A stretch of 64,000 nucleotides of DNA from positions 26,536,001 through 26,600,000 of the forward strand of contig JAGIQG010000023.1 in assembly GCA_024679065.1 (NCBI GenBank). The letters are read 5' to 3'. The DNA comes from Sphyrna mokarran. Lineage: Eukaryota. The notes beneath the pieces were generated by a model. That model was not told the DNA's origin. It did no database searches and worked only from the letters and a program-made list of their open reading frames with translations. Below are positions 36,427 to 49,699 of this stretch, one piece after another (within the stretch, counting starts at the first letter, position 1; every line of letters begins with the position of its first letter). The translations under genes were made by a program, and so were the position numbers.

Positions 36427-37310
36427 CAAAGTACAAAGAACAAAACAGCAAGGGAAACAGGTCCTTCGACCCAACGAGCCTGCGCCACCATCTTGATGTT
36501 CCCACTTCTACCCATGATGCTTGTCACGCCTGTCTATGTTTATGGATCTATGCATTAGAACCATATGTGAGACAATTTAGGGAGAATTTGTTCTGCCAAT
36601 CAGCCTAAGAGCACATCGTTGGGATGTGGAAGGAGACCGGAGCACCCGGAGAAAACCCACGCAAGTATGGGAAGAATGCGCAAACTTCCACTGACACAGG
36701 CCCAAATCCATGTGTCTGCACAGCACAGCAGTAGTCATTGAGCTGACGTGTTGCACATCAAATAGTCCAGGTCAAGTGTACACTAATGACCTGAAGCACT
36801 AGGCTACTCTCGAAAAATCCAAGAGCAGCCTTCTCACGACCCATCGCGTGTATGCCCCTTGTTAGACAAGGTGGACCAAAGTACTTGTAGGATAAGACAA
36901 ATACATCAATATCATCGACTATTTACACACTTCCCAGGGAACTCCCAAGGCTCATGATCCCTATTTTAAATCAGTTTTCTATACCCCTCCATTCCCATTC
37001 TGTTCATGTGCCCATCTAAGTATTTCTTAAATAACTCTCGAGTGCCTGCCTCCATCACTTTATTTGGCAGCGCGTTCCATACCCCCACCACCCTCTGTGT
37101 GAAAAATCTCCCTCTAGCATCCAAATTATACCTTACCCCCCTCACCCTAAACCCGTGACCCCTCGTGCTATTGGAGTCCATCCTAGGAAAAAACTTAACC
37201 CTGTTTACTCTATCTGTACCCCTCATAATCTTATACACCTCTATTAGATCTCCTCTAAGTCTACATCTTTCAAAGGAAAACAGCCCCAATTTGCCTAACC
37301 TCTCTCATCT
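36427..37310 (-). mobile_element. CR1 3' end with V-domain-bearing 3' UTR
   Basis: ORF 36966-37289 GLFSFERCRLRGDLIEVYKIM...MEGYRKLI; UTR is the reverse complement of 26285-26830. Confidence 0.88.
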
Positions 37311-38250
37311 TTCTGCCCTGCTTCCATTTGAAATCCTTAAGTGATCCAATCACAAGCATCAAGAGGTCTCCATTGCAATCTTCCCACTTCCAGGGAGGCT
37401 GGTGGCTAAGAAAGCCACCCTTGAGGATGAGATAGGGGAAGTCGGGGTATGGAGCTGCAGTGAGCATAGGTTCCCCAGGACGACAAGGCCTGCCAGTATG
37501 AGACCTGTGTGACTTGTTAAGCTGTGTGGACTCCATGACAGCTCCATGTCACCCTGTGGAGAGGTTGGGAGGTGGGAAGGGGAATCCCTTGATCTACACT
37601 AATCACAGTTGAGGGAATGGGCATGGATAGCCACAGCCAGCCAACCATCCTGCCCCTGCTGCTGACCCGCAAGGACCCCATTTCTCCATGACCTCTACCC
37701 CTTGAGATCTCAACCTTCAACAGTGCTTACCTTTCCTCTGGGTTTCTCTGCAATTCTGGGATTCCAGGAGTGGGTGTTGATCCAGCCAGCAAGAGCTGCT
37801 GGCCTCTGATTGGCTGCCAGCTCTTAGTGGGCAGAATGTCATATTCTGGGGTCCTCAGTCGGGAGGCTGCATGCCGCTGTTTACTGAACTGCTCGATGGG
37901 CAGATGATATAACAGGCTTACCTCGTAGTATATAGGGCGAGTGTCTCAGCATGGTTTCAGGCAGCACGCGGGACACATGTTGGGAATAGAAAATGCTACT
38001 CATTGATATCAATCTGTACTAACACAACATCCAAGCAGATTACTGAATTTGTTGAATTGCAATTGATTCTGACAAGGTTTGGAAAATAAAACTGATTTGT
38101 TTCACTGAATGAACTATGAAATAAGACAAATGTAAGCCTGATTATCTACATATTGCTGTTGTATGTTGGTTGTTTTCATTGCAATTGCTGATCGAGACCG
38201 AAGAAAATGAGCAAAACAATCTTAGGCTGTGCACAGGAAATAATTAAAAC

Positions 38251-38500
38251 TAGAACGATAGAGTCCCTACAGTGCAAAATGGGACTATTTGGCCCATCGA
38301 GCCTGCACCTACAACAATTTCACCCAGGCCCACTCCCTGTAACTCCACATATTTATCCTGCTAATCTCCCTGACACGAAGGGGCAATTCACCGTGGCCAG
38401 TCTACCTAATCCGCAGTGTGGGAGGAAAATAGAGCACCCAGAAGAAACCCATGCAGACACAAGGAGAATGTGCAAACTCCACACAGGCAGTGACCCAAGG
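38251..38500 (-). mobile_element. HE1 SINE, 5'-truncated
   Basis: gtccctacagtgc tail through cagtgacccaag. Confidence 0.8.
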
Positions 38501-38960
38501 GCAGATTCTTGAATGATGAAGGAACTTTTTAATTTTGGTTGATATTTCAGTTTAGCAGGAATTCTGTGCAGTGATTCAGGATTAAGGGGAACAAACTTGA
38601 TTCATTACAGTTTATACAATGGCGATGAACGAGTTGATCCATTAGTGTAAAGGGGCAATTTGGGTCTTGAACAGCAATTGAGTGTAAATGAATGGTAAAT
38701 TTATGGTACCATTGGAATTGTTTGTCCTTTTTTCTGAAAAGATTAACTTATTTTGTAGAGTGCTATTTGTCCCACTAATGACTGCAGCTCACACTACCTG
38801 AGGGGAATTGTTTGTTTGTATCAACTGTGTATATAGGTGAAATTCATTGTAGGTCGATTGATTAATTGACAGGACATAGTTATTAAAGATCTCTAGATTT
38901 ACCCTGCATTCATAGTGTAAGTAATTATTGGAAAACAACACTCTTTTTTATTTATTTTAG

Positions 38961-39121
38961 CTTGGAACGTGCCCAAGCAAAGAAGACAAAGAAGCCTTTG
39001 CAATTGTCTCTGTTCCAGTCTCTGAAATTCGGGATTTGGACTATGCAAATGATGCCAGTAAAATCCTAGGAACAATGGTTGAAAAATTGGAGCAAGGAGC
39101 CTTAAACCATAATGATCGAAG
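38961..39121 (+). CDS. ITPR3: ITPR3 exon (approx. 13)
   Basis: tattttag / gtaaca; 161 nt = [53 protein letters not shown](R). Confidence 0.96.
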
Positions 39122-39944
39122 GTAACAAAGTGGCTCAAGTGCTATCTGCCAGCACTGTCGTTCATTTGTGTATTCCTATCATTTCCAATGATTGATTTTT
39201 CCTTTTTCAGCTGAGCTTATCTGGGAAATGTGGCTGATTGGAGGGAGCTAGAAGGGCTGGTGAAGTGTGCCTGGGTTTGTGCACCAGTGTCTAACAGCCA
39301 GCTTGATTGATGCAGTGGTCTGAGTGTTAGGTTGCCTGCAGGTAGTCAAGTCTCAAGTTGTTTGGAGAGAGTTGCATTAATGCCTCAGTTGCAAAATCCT
39401 GAGGTAGCGTAGATTAATTCTCCTGTCCACAGAAGTCCCAGTGGGCAAGCTAAGCAAGATTAGATGAATGGGTCTTTTGTGAATCCTTGCTACCTTATTC
39501 TGCGGCTGTTATTGTGACAATATTTTGAAGGGTGAAATTGATGTAGGGCAGAGTCACTAACTTGCTGAAGGCAGATTTAATTTTTGAACAGCAGTGAAAT
39601 AATTAAGCTTGCCCATGTTCGGAAAAGTAAAACTGAATACCTTACTCTGGAGTGAGAGAGGATGGTTGTCCATTGTTTTGATTTTAAGTGCAAACTATTT
39701 CACTATATATTTCAGCAGAAGGAAGTTGTAAAACAAGACATATATTTGGTAGTTGGGTAAGTATGTTTTTCCCTCCAGCAGTTTAGAAAATATTTTTCAG
39801 ACCCTATTGCAAGTTTACTTTTTTCCTTAACTTCTTCATTTTTATTTTGCAGTGACTATATAAATAAGATGACTGAAATATGTTGGTATGAGCAATAGGG
39901 AAATTAAGTACTGCCATATGAGAATAGATTTAGACCACACTTGT

Positions 39945-40255
39945 GGGCAGCACAGTACTACAGTGGTTAGCCCTGCTGCCTCACAGCACCAGGGACCTGT
40001 GTTTGATTCTGGCCTCAGGTAACTGTGTGAAGCTTGCACATTCTCCCTGTTTCTGGGTAGGTTTCCTCTGGGTGCTCCAGTTTCCTCACATGCTCCACAG
40101 ATGTGCAAGTTGATTGGCCATGTTAAATTGCACCTTATTGTCCAGGAGACTAGCAGGGTAAATACATGGGGTTACATTATGGAGATTGGCTTTGATTGTT
40201 ATCATTACAGACTCGATGGGCTGGATGGATACATGTAGGGATTCTATGATTCTGT
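39945..40255 (+). mobile_element. HE1-type V-SINE
   Basis: gggcagcacagtactacagtggttagc...gggattctatgattct. Confidence 0.82.
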
Positions 40256-40745
40256 TCTCATTATTGGAAGGATAGTTTGGTTTTAGAAAGAATGCAGTAT
40301 AGATTTACCAGAATGACACTTGAACTCCAAGAGTTGAACGACAAGGAGAGGTCACACAAACAAGGTTTGTGGTCTTTGGAATTCAGAAGATTAAGACATG
40401 ATTATTGAAGTTTTAAATATGTCATAAGAACAATTAGAGCAGATTGAGAAAATCACTCCTGCTAGCAGAGAAGCTTAATGCTGGGGGCATAGTCTAAAAA
40501 ATAGACTGAGACCTTTTGAGAATGAACTTAGAAGCAACATTTCTATCTACAAAGGGTGGAAGAAATTTGAAACTCCCTTTTGCAAATGGCAATCAATGTT
40601 AGTCGAGTTGTTAATTTTATAACAGACATGTTAGTCAAATTTATTAAGAGATTTTAAGAAAATTTGTGTAAGTTAAGTTATAGATCAGTTATGATCTCAT
40701 TGAATGATAGAACTGTTGTGAGGGACTAACAGGCTTACTGCTAAT
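40256..40745 (+). mobile_element. old CR1 3' fragment
   Basis: gaatgcagtatagatttaccagaatg (ERVQ.RFTRM remnant), gatcagttatgatctcattgaatg 3' UTR. Confidence 0.65.
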
Positions 40746-41539
40746 ACTTTTAATTTTATACGGGGAGAGGAAACATGAGAATAGCTGTATATTTGATTGG
40801 AACCTCTTTTAGGCTATCCAGATAACTTAAAAGCACCACATCAACAATAAGAATATGGACGATTGTGTGAAATCCGGATAATAATGTCATTGTTTGTTAA
40901 GTATTCTGTCTAAACTTTGCATTAAGCATCGAGGAATGTGTATTAATTTCAGTGTAGCCATACTGCCATATAGATCATGGCATGGTTCCTGTGCAATCAC
41001 CTTGAACCTTTTTTTCTCAGTTATGGCATCATCTCCTTGAAAGATTTTAAGTTTTCTTTTACTCTCCTAAAAATGTTTCTTCTTCCCTTGTCTGTTTCTT
41101 ATTTCGTTTTTTTCTCAGTCTTTCCTTCTTCTCAGCTTTCTCAATCACCCTTTGCTCTATCGCAGGAGTGCTGAAGGCTTGACTTCCAATTAAGAATCAG
41201 TTGAATTCTGAGATACAACAGGTATGGAATCACTGGGTGACTCAGTGCAAAAGAATTCAATTTATTCATGCACCACCCATTGTAAGAACAAGGCAAAATA
41301 TCTAATCATTCAACCATCATTTCACTTATACCAGGGAGTGCTAAAACACACACAGCATTCTCCAGCTAACAGCTGTGTTTTCCTAAGCTGCTAAGTATTA
41401 GGTTTCCTCCTGACTTGTCGAGACTAGTGTTGGTTTCGCTTTTAGGTTTGCTGTACATCTTAATTATCCTATCAATTAAATAGTATTTATTTAATACCAT
41501 TTCTATCGTTCTTGCTTTACACGGACAGCTGATAGCACT

Positions 41540-41902
41540 GGGCGACATATTAGTTAGCACTACTGCTTCACAGCACCAAAAACTTGGGTTCGATTCCGGC
41601 CTGGGGTGACTGTGTGTGGTATTTGCACATTGTTTTCGGGTCTGCATGGGTTATTTCTGAAGTTCTGGTTTACTCCCACAGTCCAAACATTTACAGGTTA
41701 GGTGGATTGGCCATGCTAAATTGCCCCGTAGTGGCCAAAGATCTGTAAGTTGGGTGGATTAGTCATTGTAAGTGCACGGAGTTACTTAAGCAGACTTAAG
41801 CAGGGATTAAGCAGAAGGGAGGGTCTGGGTGGGATGCTCTTTTGGAGAGTCAGTGCAAATCTGATGAGCCAAACAGCCTTTCTGCGCTGGAGGGATTCTA
41901 TG
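41540..41902 (+). mobile_element. HE1-type V-SINE
   Basis: gggttcgattccggcc box B, V-domain, gggattctatg tail. Confidence 0.82.
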
Positions 41903-42330
41903 TTTCTTTTATTGTAGGTATAATTACAAAGGAGTTTCTTAAAATTTATTAAGAGTGCTGGGTGTTTTGTGCAGTTCAAAATTGGCCAATTGGAAGAAAT
42001 TTGCTTATTTCAAGCAAAGTCAGGTCTTTATGCAGTTGCAGTGAGCTGTTCACAGTGTTACCAAACACCTAATTGAACTGCCGGAAACCTGCATGTTCCA
42101 ACTCTCTCCTGTGATTGTTAGGGTGAAACAGCTGACTGAAACTGTCAAGTGATTTGGAGTTAGTTTTCCAAACCCGCCTGATCTGTAGCTTCTTGTTTCA
42201 CTTCCACAGCTGACGTGGTTTCATGGACTAAGTATGACAGTGCATTGGAAGATGTATATCTCAAGGGCTTGTTATGGAACTTCACTGCTGTGTCCACATG
42301 CACCTCAGTCGCATAGCCCAAATCTGTTCT

Positions 42331-42842
42331 GTTTTAATCATTCGTGGGACATGGGTGTCGGTAGCTGACCAGCATGTATTGACCATCCCTAATTTCCTGA
42401 GGTAGCCATGATGTGGAGATGCCGAGAAGTCTCACAGCACCAGGTTAATGTCCAACAGCTTTATTTAATATCATGAGCTTCATTGGGGATTCATCTGATG
42501 AAGAAGCTCGTGGTAACAAATAAACCTGTTGGACTTTAACCTGGTGTTGTGAGACTTCTTATTAATTTCCTGAGAGCAGTCAAGAGTAAACCACATTGTT
42601 GAAGCTATGGGATAACATGTAGGCCAGACCAGGTAAGAACTGCAGATTTCCTTCCCCAGAGAAAAATTAATGAACCAGTCAACAGTTTCATGATCATCGA
42701 TAGATTCTTAATTCCAGATTTTCTTTTTATTGAATTCAAATTCTACTACCTGCCATGATGAGATTTGAACTCGGGTCCCAGAGTATTAGCTGAGTTTTTG
42801 GATTAATAGTCGAGCGATCATATCACTAGGTTATTGCCTCCT
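42331..42842 (-). mobile_element. second tRNA-SINE family copy, interrupted by a Penelope-like insert
   Basis: homologous to 3991-4360. Confidence 0.7.
42402..42562. mobile_element. Penelope-like hairpin mini-insertion with 12-bp TSD
   Basis: TSD taatttcctgag at 42390-42401 and 42563-42574; 42-bp inverted repeat 42425-42466 / 42518-42559; ctgatga core. Confidence 0.72.
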
Positions 42843-43201
42843 CTCTTACAGCTTATATTTCATACTGAGTATAGTCTAAATTGACAGTGCAAATTAGCTG
42901 CCAAAAGCTACTTGAGTTCTCCATCAGTTATTTGCATCATTAACAATTGTAGGAGGTGGTCAGAAAGTGGAGGCTCAGGCAGCATCACTCAGCTGTTTGC
43001 CCTATTTTACAATTCACCATATATAGCAAGACATTTACCTGAGCACAAATACACCATTTTAAAATCTTTTTAGTTAAATTGGACTGTATTCCATTATGGA
43101 CATTTACCTTTGTCGGTTAACATTATTCATGATGGTTTTTATGCTTTCTTACTGAGCTTAGTTGCATGGATGTTTGCAAATTTGTTTTCTGTCCACTGCA
43201 G

Positions 43202-43343
43202 GTTTGCAATCAAGTTATTGGAAGATCTTGTTTTCTTTGTTGTGGAAGCTCCCAACAACGGTCAGAATGTTCTAGACATCGTCATGACAAAACCCAATAG
43301 AGAAAGGCAAAAATTGATGCGAGAACAAAATATCCTGAAGCAG
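43202..43343 (+). CDS. ITPR3: ITPR3 exon (approx. 14; IP3-binding core alpha domain)
   Basis: ctgcag / gtacgt; 142 nt = (R)[47 protein letters not shown] with IP3-binding RERQKLMR motif. Confidence 0.97.
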
Positions 43344-43646
43344 GTACGTAAACAAATACCATTAATAATAATGTTAGAAATGAGTTTGGACAGACAATGC
43401 AGATGACATAGGCTATTACAGATTCCTGTGGCAGTGTCCAAGGTAAACACTTTGAGTGTTTTTTATTTACCTTTATTTGACTTTTTTTATTTATCTTTAC
43501 TTTATGTTAGTATTCCTTTAGTGTTATGAGGCTGGATTTTCACAGAGTTGGGGAGATTTTACAAACTTTCAAAATGGCGGCCAGCATCTGATTCCGGATT
43601 CAATCCATTGGGAGTGGGTAGAGAGGCATAGGCCAGCAGAGACGGT

Positions 43647-46570
43647 ATAGAACATAGAAAACTACAGCACGAACAGGCCCTTCGGCCCACAAGTTGCGCC
43701 GAACATCTCTACCTACTAGACTTACCTATAACCCTCAATCCTACTAAGTCCCATGTACTCATCCAGAAGTTTCTTAAAAGACCCTATCGAATCTGCCTCC
43801 ATCATCACCAGCAGCTGATTCCACGTATCCCCCACCCTTTGAGTGAAAAATGTACCTCTGATATCTCCTCAGTACCTATTCCCCAGCACCTTAAATCTGT
43901 CTCCTCTTGTGGTAGCCATTTCAGCCCTGGGAAAAAGCCTCTGAGAATTCATCCGATCAATATCTGTCAACATCTTATACACTTCTATCAGGTCATCTCT
44001 CATTCTTCTTCCCTCCAAGGAGAAAAGACCAAGCTCTCTCAACCTATCCTCATAAGGCATGCTACCCAATCCAGGCAACATCCTTGTAAATTTCCTCTGC
44101 ACCCTTTCAATGGCTTCTACATCCTTCCTGTAATGAGGCGACCAGAACTGAGCACAGTACTCCAAGTTGGGTCTGACCAGGGTCTTATACAGCTGCTTTA
44201 TCTCCCGACTCCTAAAGTCAATTCCTCATTTGATGAAGGCCAGTACACCATATGCCTTCTTAACCACATTCTCTACCTGCGAAGCTGATTTGAGAATCCT
44301 ATGAACCTTGACCCCAAGATCCTTCTGATCTTCCACACTGCTAAGTCCTACCCTTGATATTGTATTCCTTCATTCCATTATATTGTATTCTTTCATCCCA
44401 TTTGACCTGTCAAAATGAACCATCACACACTTATCCGGGTTGAAGTCCATCTGCCACTTCTCCACCCAGTCTTGCATCTTATCTATGTATTTCTTCAACT
44501 TCTGACATCCCTCCAAACTATGCACAACCCCTCCAACCTTCTTGTCATTGGCAAACTTACCAACCCATCCCTCCACTTCCTCATCCAAACAGGATCCAAA
44601 CTAAAAATCACAAACAGCAAGGGTCCCAGAAGAGATCCCTGGGGCACTCGACGTGATTGACCTCCGTGCTGAAAAAACCCCATCTACAACCATTTTAACC
44701 AGTCAGAGACAGCAGTGGGAAGTTGTGCGTGGAGCCTGAAGAGATTGGAGAGGCACTGAACAAATATTTCTCTTCGGTATTCACGCAGGGAGATGTAAAT
44801 GTAGTTGTGGAGAATACTGGGATACAGGGTAGCAAACTGCAAAGTATTGAAGTAGATAAGGAGGATGTGCTAGATATTCTTGAGGGTTTGAAGTTAGATA
44901 AGTTCCCTGGGCCGGATGGGATTTACCCTAGGATTCTCTGGGAGGTGAGAGAGGCGATTGCAGAGCCTCTGGCTCTGATCTTCAGATCGTCGTTGGTTAC
45001 AGGTATAGTGCCGGAAGACTGGAGGATAGCGAATGTGGTCCCATTGTTCAAGAAGGGGAATAGAGACTTTCCTGGGAATTGTAGACCGGTGAGTCTTACT
45101 TCTGTTGTGGGCAAAGTATTGGAGAGAATTATTAGGGATAGGATTTATAGTTATTTAGAGAGAAATGAATTGATTGGGGATAGTCAGCATGGTTTTGTGA
45201 CGGGTAGGTCGTGCCTTACTAACCTTATTGAGTTTTTTGAAAAAGTGACCAAAGAGGTGGATGGGGATAAGGCAGTTGATGTGGTATATATGGACTTTAG
45301 TAAGGCGTTCGATAAGGTTGCCCATGGAAGGCTTCTGCAGAAAATGCAGATGTATGGGATTGAGGGTGATTTAGCTAATTGGATTAGGAATTGGCTAGCT
45401 GATAGAAGACAGAGGGTGGTGGTTGATGGGAGATATTCATCGTGGAGTTCGGTGACAAGTGGTGTACCTCTGGGGTCTGTTTTGGGGCCCCTGCTGTTTG
45501 TAATTTTTATAAATGATCTGGATGAGGGTATTGAAGGATGGATTAGTAAATTTGCGGATGACACCAAAGTCGGAGGAGTGGTAGATAGCGAAGAGGGATG
45601 TTATAGTTTGCAGAGAGACTTGGACAAGTTGCAGAGCTGGGCCGAGAGGTGGCAAATGGAGTTTAATGTGGAAAAGTGTGAGGTAATTCACTTTGGCAGG
45701 AATAACAAATGTGTAGAGTACAGGGCTAATGGTAGGACTCTTAATAGTGTTGAAGGACAGAGGGATCTTGGTGTATATGTGCATAGATCCCTGAAAGTTG
45801 GCAATCAAGTCGATAAGGTTGTTATGAAGGCATACGGAGTCTTAGCTTTTATTGGTAGGGGGATTGAATTTCGGAGCCATAACGTCATGTTGCAACTGTA
45901 CAAAACTCTAGTGAGGCCGCACTTGCAGTCCTGGTCCCCGCATTATAAGAAAGATGTGGAGGCATTGGAGAGGGTACAGAGGAGGTTTACCAGGATGTTG
46001 CCTGGTATGGAAGGCAGGTCTTATGAAGAGAGGCTGAGGAATTTGAGGTTGTTTTCGTTAGAAAGAAGGCGGCTAAGAGGAGACCTTATTGAAACATAAG
46101 ATGATTAGATGTTTAGATAGGGTGGACAGTGATAGCCTTTTTCCTAGGATGGAGAAAGCTAGCACGAGGGGACATAGCTTTAAATTAAGGGGTAGTAGTT
46201 ATAGGACGGATGTCAGAGGTAGGTTCTTTACCCAGAGGGTGGTAAGGGTATGGAATGCCCTGCCTGCTGCAGTTGTAGATGCGCCAAGTTTGGTGGCGTT
46301 TAAGAGGTCCGTGGATAGGTTTATGGATGAAAAGGGAAGGGTTTAGGTTAGAGGGTCATTGCTTTTTCTTAATTGGTCGGCGCAACATCGAAGGCCGAAG
46401 GGCCTGTTCTGCGCTGTAATGTTCTATGTTCTATGTTCTATTTTTTGCCCTCTGTGGGCAAGCCAGTTGTAGATCCACAAAGCAATGTCCCCTTGGATCC
46501 CATGCCCCCTCACTTTTTCAATAAGCCTTGCATGGGGAACCTTATTGAATGTCTGAAAAAGCATATGTAG
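43647..46570 (-). mobile_element. CR1 LINE (minus strand), split by an opposite-strand CR1; pieces 43647-44696 and 46441-46570
   Basis: EYCAQFWSPHYRKDVEAIERVQRKFTRMLPGL, KFAND, VPQGSLLGP, then KVPHARLIEKVRGHGIQGD beyond the insert. Confidence 0.9.
44697..46440 (+). mobile_element. CR1 LINE, young 5'-truncated copy with a 458-aa open RT frame (44723-46099)
   Basis: PGPDGIYP, CRPVSLTSVVGK, QHGF, MDFSKAFDKV, GVPLGSVLGP, KFADDTK; one frameshift near 46090; (gttctat)n tail. Confidence 0.96.
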
Positions 46571-47863
46571 GCATGAAGTGCACATAGGCAGTGAATGGGG
46601 GGTCGTGGGGGTGAAAGAAGTAGAGGACAGTTTTAATTGTTCATATTGTAACTCAGCACCAGGCACTCCTTGTGGCCACATTTAAACATTATCCGGAGGC
46701 AACAGACCCAACATCAGATCCGCTGTAATGACTTCAATCAGGCCATTGATGTTGGTCTATTGGAGAATGAACTCCCCGATTAATGGGAGAGTCTTTGCCT
46801 TGTATTTAACCGGGAGTGTTAGTTCCTCTGACACCCGCAAGGTAGATTGCTAACAGCTAGCACTCTGTGTACTGCTTTTGAGTTTGTAAATAAAGGGATT
46901 TTGGTGAATGGATTTCATCCGTAGATCAAAAATTCCGTCTTTGCAGGGACCTTCTCCTGGGGCAGGCAGGTCAACTAAGGAAATTTCCCAACTCCCACTA
47001 TATGTTTCTGGGGTGCAAATCCAGCCCATGGTGTTCAGATATTCTTATTGAGTATTAATGTAGAAATAAAGAAACTAGATGTGAACTACTTATTTATTAA
47101 ATTTCAACATTAACTCCCACTGCCTTATTAATGTTTATTCAATTTAATTTTACTTACTAATACTACCGTGTAACCACGGAGTTTTATTTTCTGGCCTTTC
47201 CTGCCTTTCACCTTCCAGTCCCACTGATAGTGATCCCTCGTGATGCATTGCTCAGTGACAGAGGGTGTGAGCCATGCAAAACGCCATAGACATCAGCGGG
47301 ACTGGAAAATCCCACTGACGGCCAATGGCAAGCCGCCTGCACCACTGGAGGCAGCTCGACATGGGCGGAGGGAAGGACAATCCCACCCACAGCCCTTTCT
47401 TGATGGAAATAAATCTCCAGCTTTCGTGATTCTCCCTCTAGTTCCTTAGCAAGTCTTTAGAGGTAGTATTGTAAAATTACGTGAGCCTTTTTTTCCTGAG
47501 AATCTTCTTTGACAGCTCAATAGTTTATGCAGTGAGTTGCTAAGCCATAAAGATGAGGAAGTTTGACCTTTGATCAGTGCTCAATTAGCTGATATCAGCT
47601 GGGACTCTCAGTTCCTCTCATTAATTTGGGGTAAGTTTGTAATTAAGACTTCTTTCCTGATGGTTATCCAATGACAGTATTGTGCTGGTACAGCAATCAG
47701 GTAATGTTGGTGGCAGCTCCTAGTTCGGCTAATCACTCAGGTTGTTCCTGCCTTTAAGCATCTCTTGCAGGAACATGTCAGTGCAGCGAACAGATGTTTG
47801 CTGTAAATATTGTGTTTATTATAGTGAAAGCCTTACAGAATCATCTTTGCTTTCCGTGCACAG

Positions 47864-48022
47864 ATATTTGGAATTTTGAAAGCTCCCTTTGTAGATAAAG
47901 GAGAAGGGCCGATGCTAAAGTTGGAGGAACTGGCTGATCAGAAAAATGCCCCATACCAGTACATGTTCCGACTGTGTTACAGAGTACTTCGCCACTCACA
48001 GGATGATTACAGGAAAAACCAG
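47864..48022 (+). CDS. ITPR3: ITPR3 exon (approx. 15)
   Basis: gcacag / gtgtga; 159 nt = [53 protein letters not shown] with IP3-binding YRK motif. Confidence 0.96.
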
Positions 48023-49244
48023 GTGTGATTCACTGACTCGTATTCATTTAATCCAAATCCAATTCTTAAGCATGACTTCAACTGCAAATTAATTTCTTCA
48101 ATGAGCGTTTATGAAACAGATGTGTGAAACAAATGCCGAAATCTTGCTGCCATTCATGCTGGTGGGGTCTTACAGTCCAATTGACGGTGCACCCTTGCCC
48201 CGGGTTTCCCGGCGGTAAGGGATACATTCAAAGGAAACCCTATTGACAATTCCCACTGTCAGCAAGTGCGCACTGCTTCTGCTGCTGGGAAACATACTGT
48301 GGAGGGGGAGGCAAATTCCGCTCAATGTTTTTCTACCATTAGTATTGAGTCACTGGTGACCTACAAAGAACACAATGTGAGACATTCGGTTCTGAAAGTA
48401 ATATTTGCTCATGTACACAAAATAAAAATACAGAATTTACAAGAGTAAGTGAGTAGTGATTTCACCGCTTACAAGACTGAAGATGAAAGTATTTGATTAA
48501 TCATTCAGGATGTAACATTCAATGATTGCTGAACTCATTGTAGCTACTGCCAGAAGCCATGGGCCTACGACATAAAAGATATCCTGACAGTGACTGAGCT
48601 GCATCTGTTCTTATTCATTCAAGAGAACATCATCGATCACTTTTTTTTTGTGTTGTGTGAGAATTCTAACACCGAATAATTGCCATTTGCACTGTCCGCA
48701 GTGATATATCCCTTATAATCTTTACAGTTAGTAATGATAGGAAAATGTGTAGGTACTACTGCACACAAGTGTATTAAAGGAGGACTATGTTTTTATTTTT
48801 TTCTGCATATTTCTAGCTCACACTATTGTATGTTTTGGGTTACAAACAAACTAAAACGTGAATAAATTGACTAGTGGTGGTAGAAATAGATTCCCTTTCA
48901 TGAAGCAACTTGATATTGTCTGACCTGCTGGCCTGAATTCTGTTTTGTGCCTCCACCATGCACAGCAGGACATCCAAAACAATATCTATTCACAAAGGAC
49001 ACTTATGAAACAATTACTTTGTGAGGCACATGCCTTTTTTGGAACACTTATGAGCCTATGGAAGGGGGAAGGATATCACTGCATTTATACAAAATTATTT
49101 CTAAGTTTCAGGAGCACAAAATCAGTGAATAGTGAGCTCATGCCATGCAGACTGGAATAGGGAGGAGACAATAGTCTGGAAACAAATGGTACTATAAAAA
49201 TAAGTGTATTGTCAGTTGACATCTCCTTCTTGTCACTGTGCTAG

Positions 49245-49417
49245 GAACACATTGCAAAGCAATTTGGAGTGATGCAGTCTCAGATTGGCTATGACATTTT
49301 GGCTGAAGATACAATTACAGCTCTACTCCACAACAACAGGAAGTTGCTTGAGAAACATATTACCAAAACAGAGATTGAGACCTTTGTCAAACTGGTGAGG
49401 AAGAACCGAGAACCCAG
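49245..49417 (+). CDS. ITPR3: ITPR3 exon (approx. 16)
   Basis: gtgctag / gtaggg; 173 nt = [57 protein letters not shown](R). Confidence 0.97.
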
Positions 49418-49699
49418 GTAGGGAGATGTGGTTTTAAAATTGGTTTCTCTGTTCACTGTGCCTTAATCAGATGTGTTCAGTGCACTGAGTGGATTCTGTT
49501 CAGTGTAGTCAAAAGTCCTTTGAAAGTTTCCGAAGTAGTTTAGAAGGATTCAGCCTAGGGGGAAATTCCTTCAGCCATCCATGGATTATTGAGGTAATGT
49601 CATGTTCTCACACGTGAAATGTTAAGATGAGGCCGCATTTGACTATTGAGGTAGACATTACAGGCCTCAACCAATTTTTTTTTTAGAAATGTGCCAGAT

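Noticed and set aside
44723-46099. 458-aa RT ORF as a domesticated gene or novel RT system
   Set aside because: Standard 5'-truncated CR1 ORF2 with CR1 3' UTR, microsatellite tail and a frameshift; nested in another TE.
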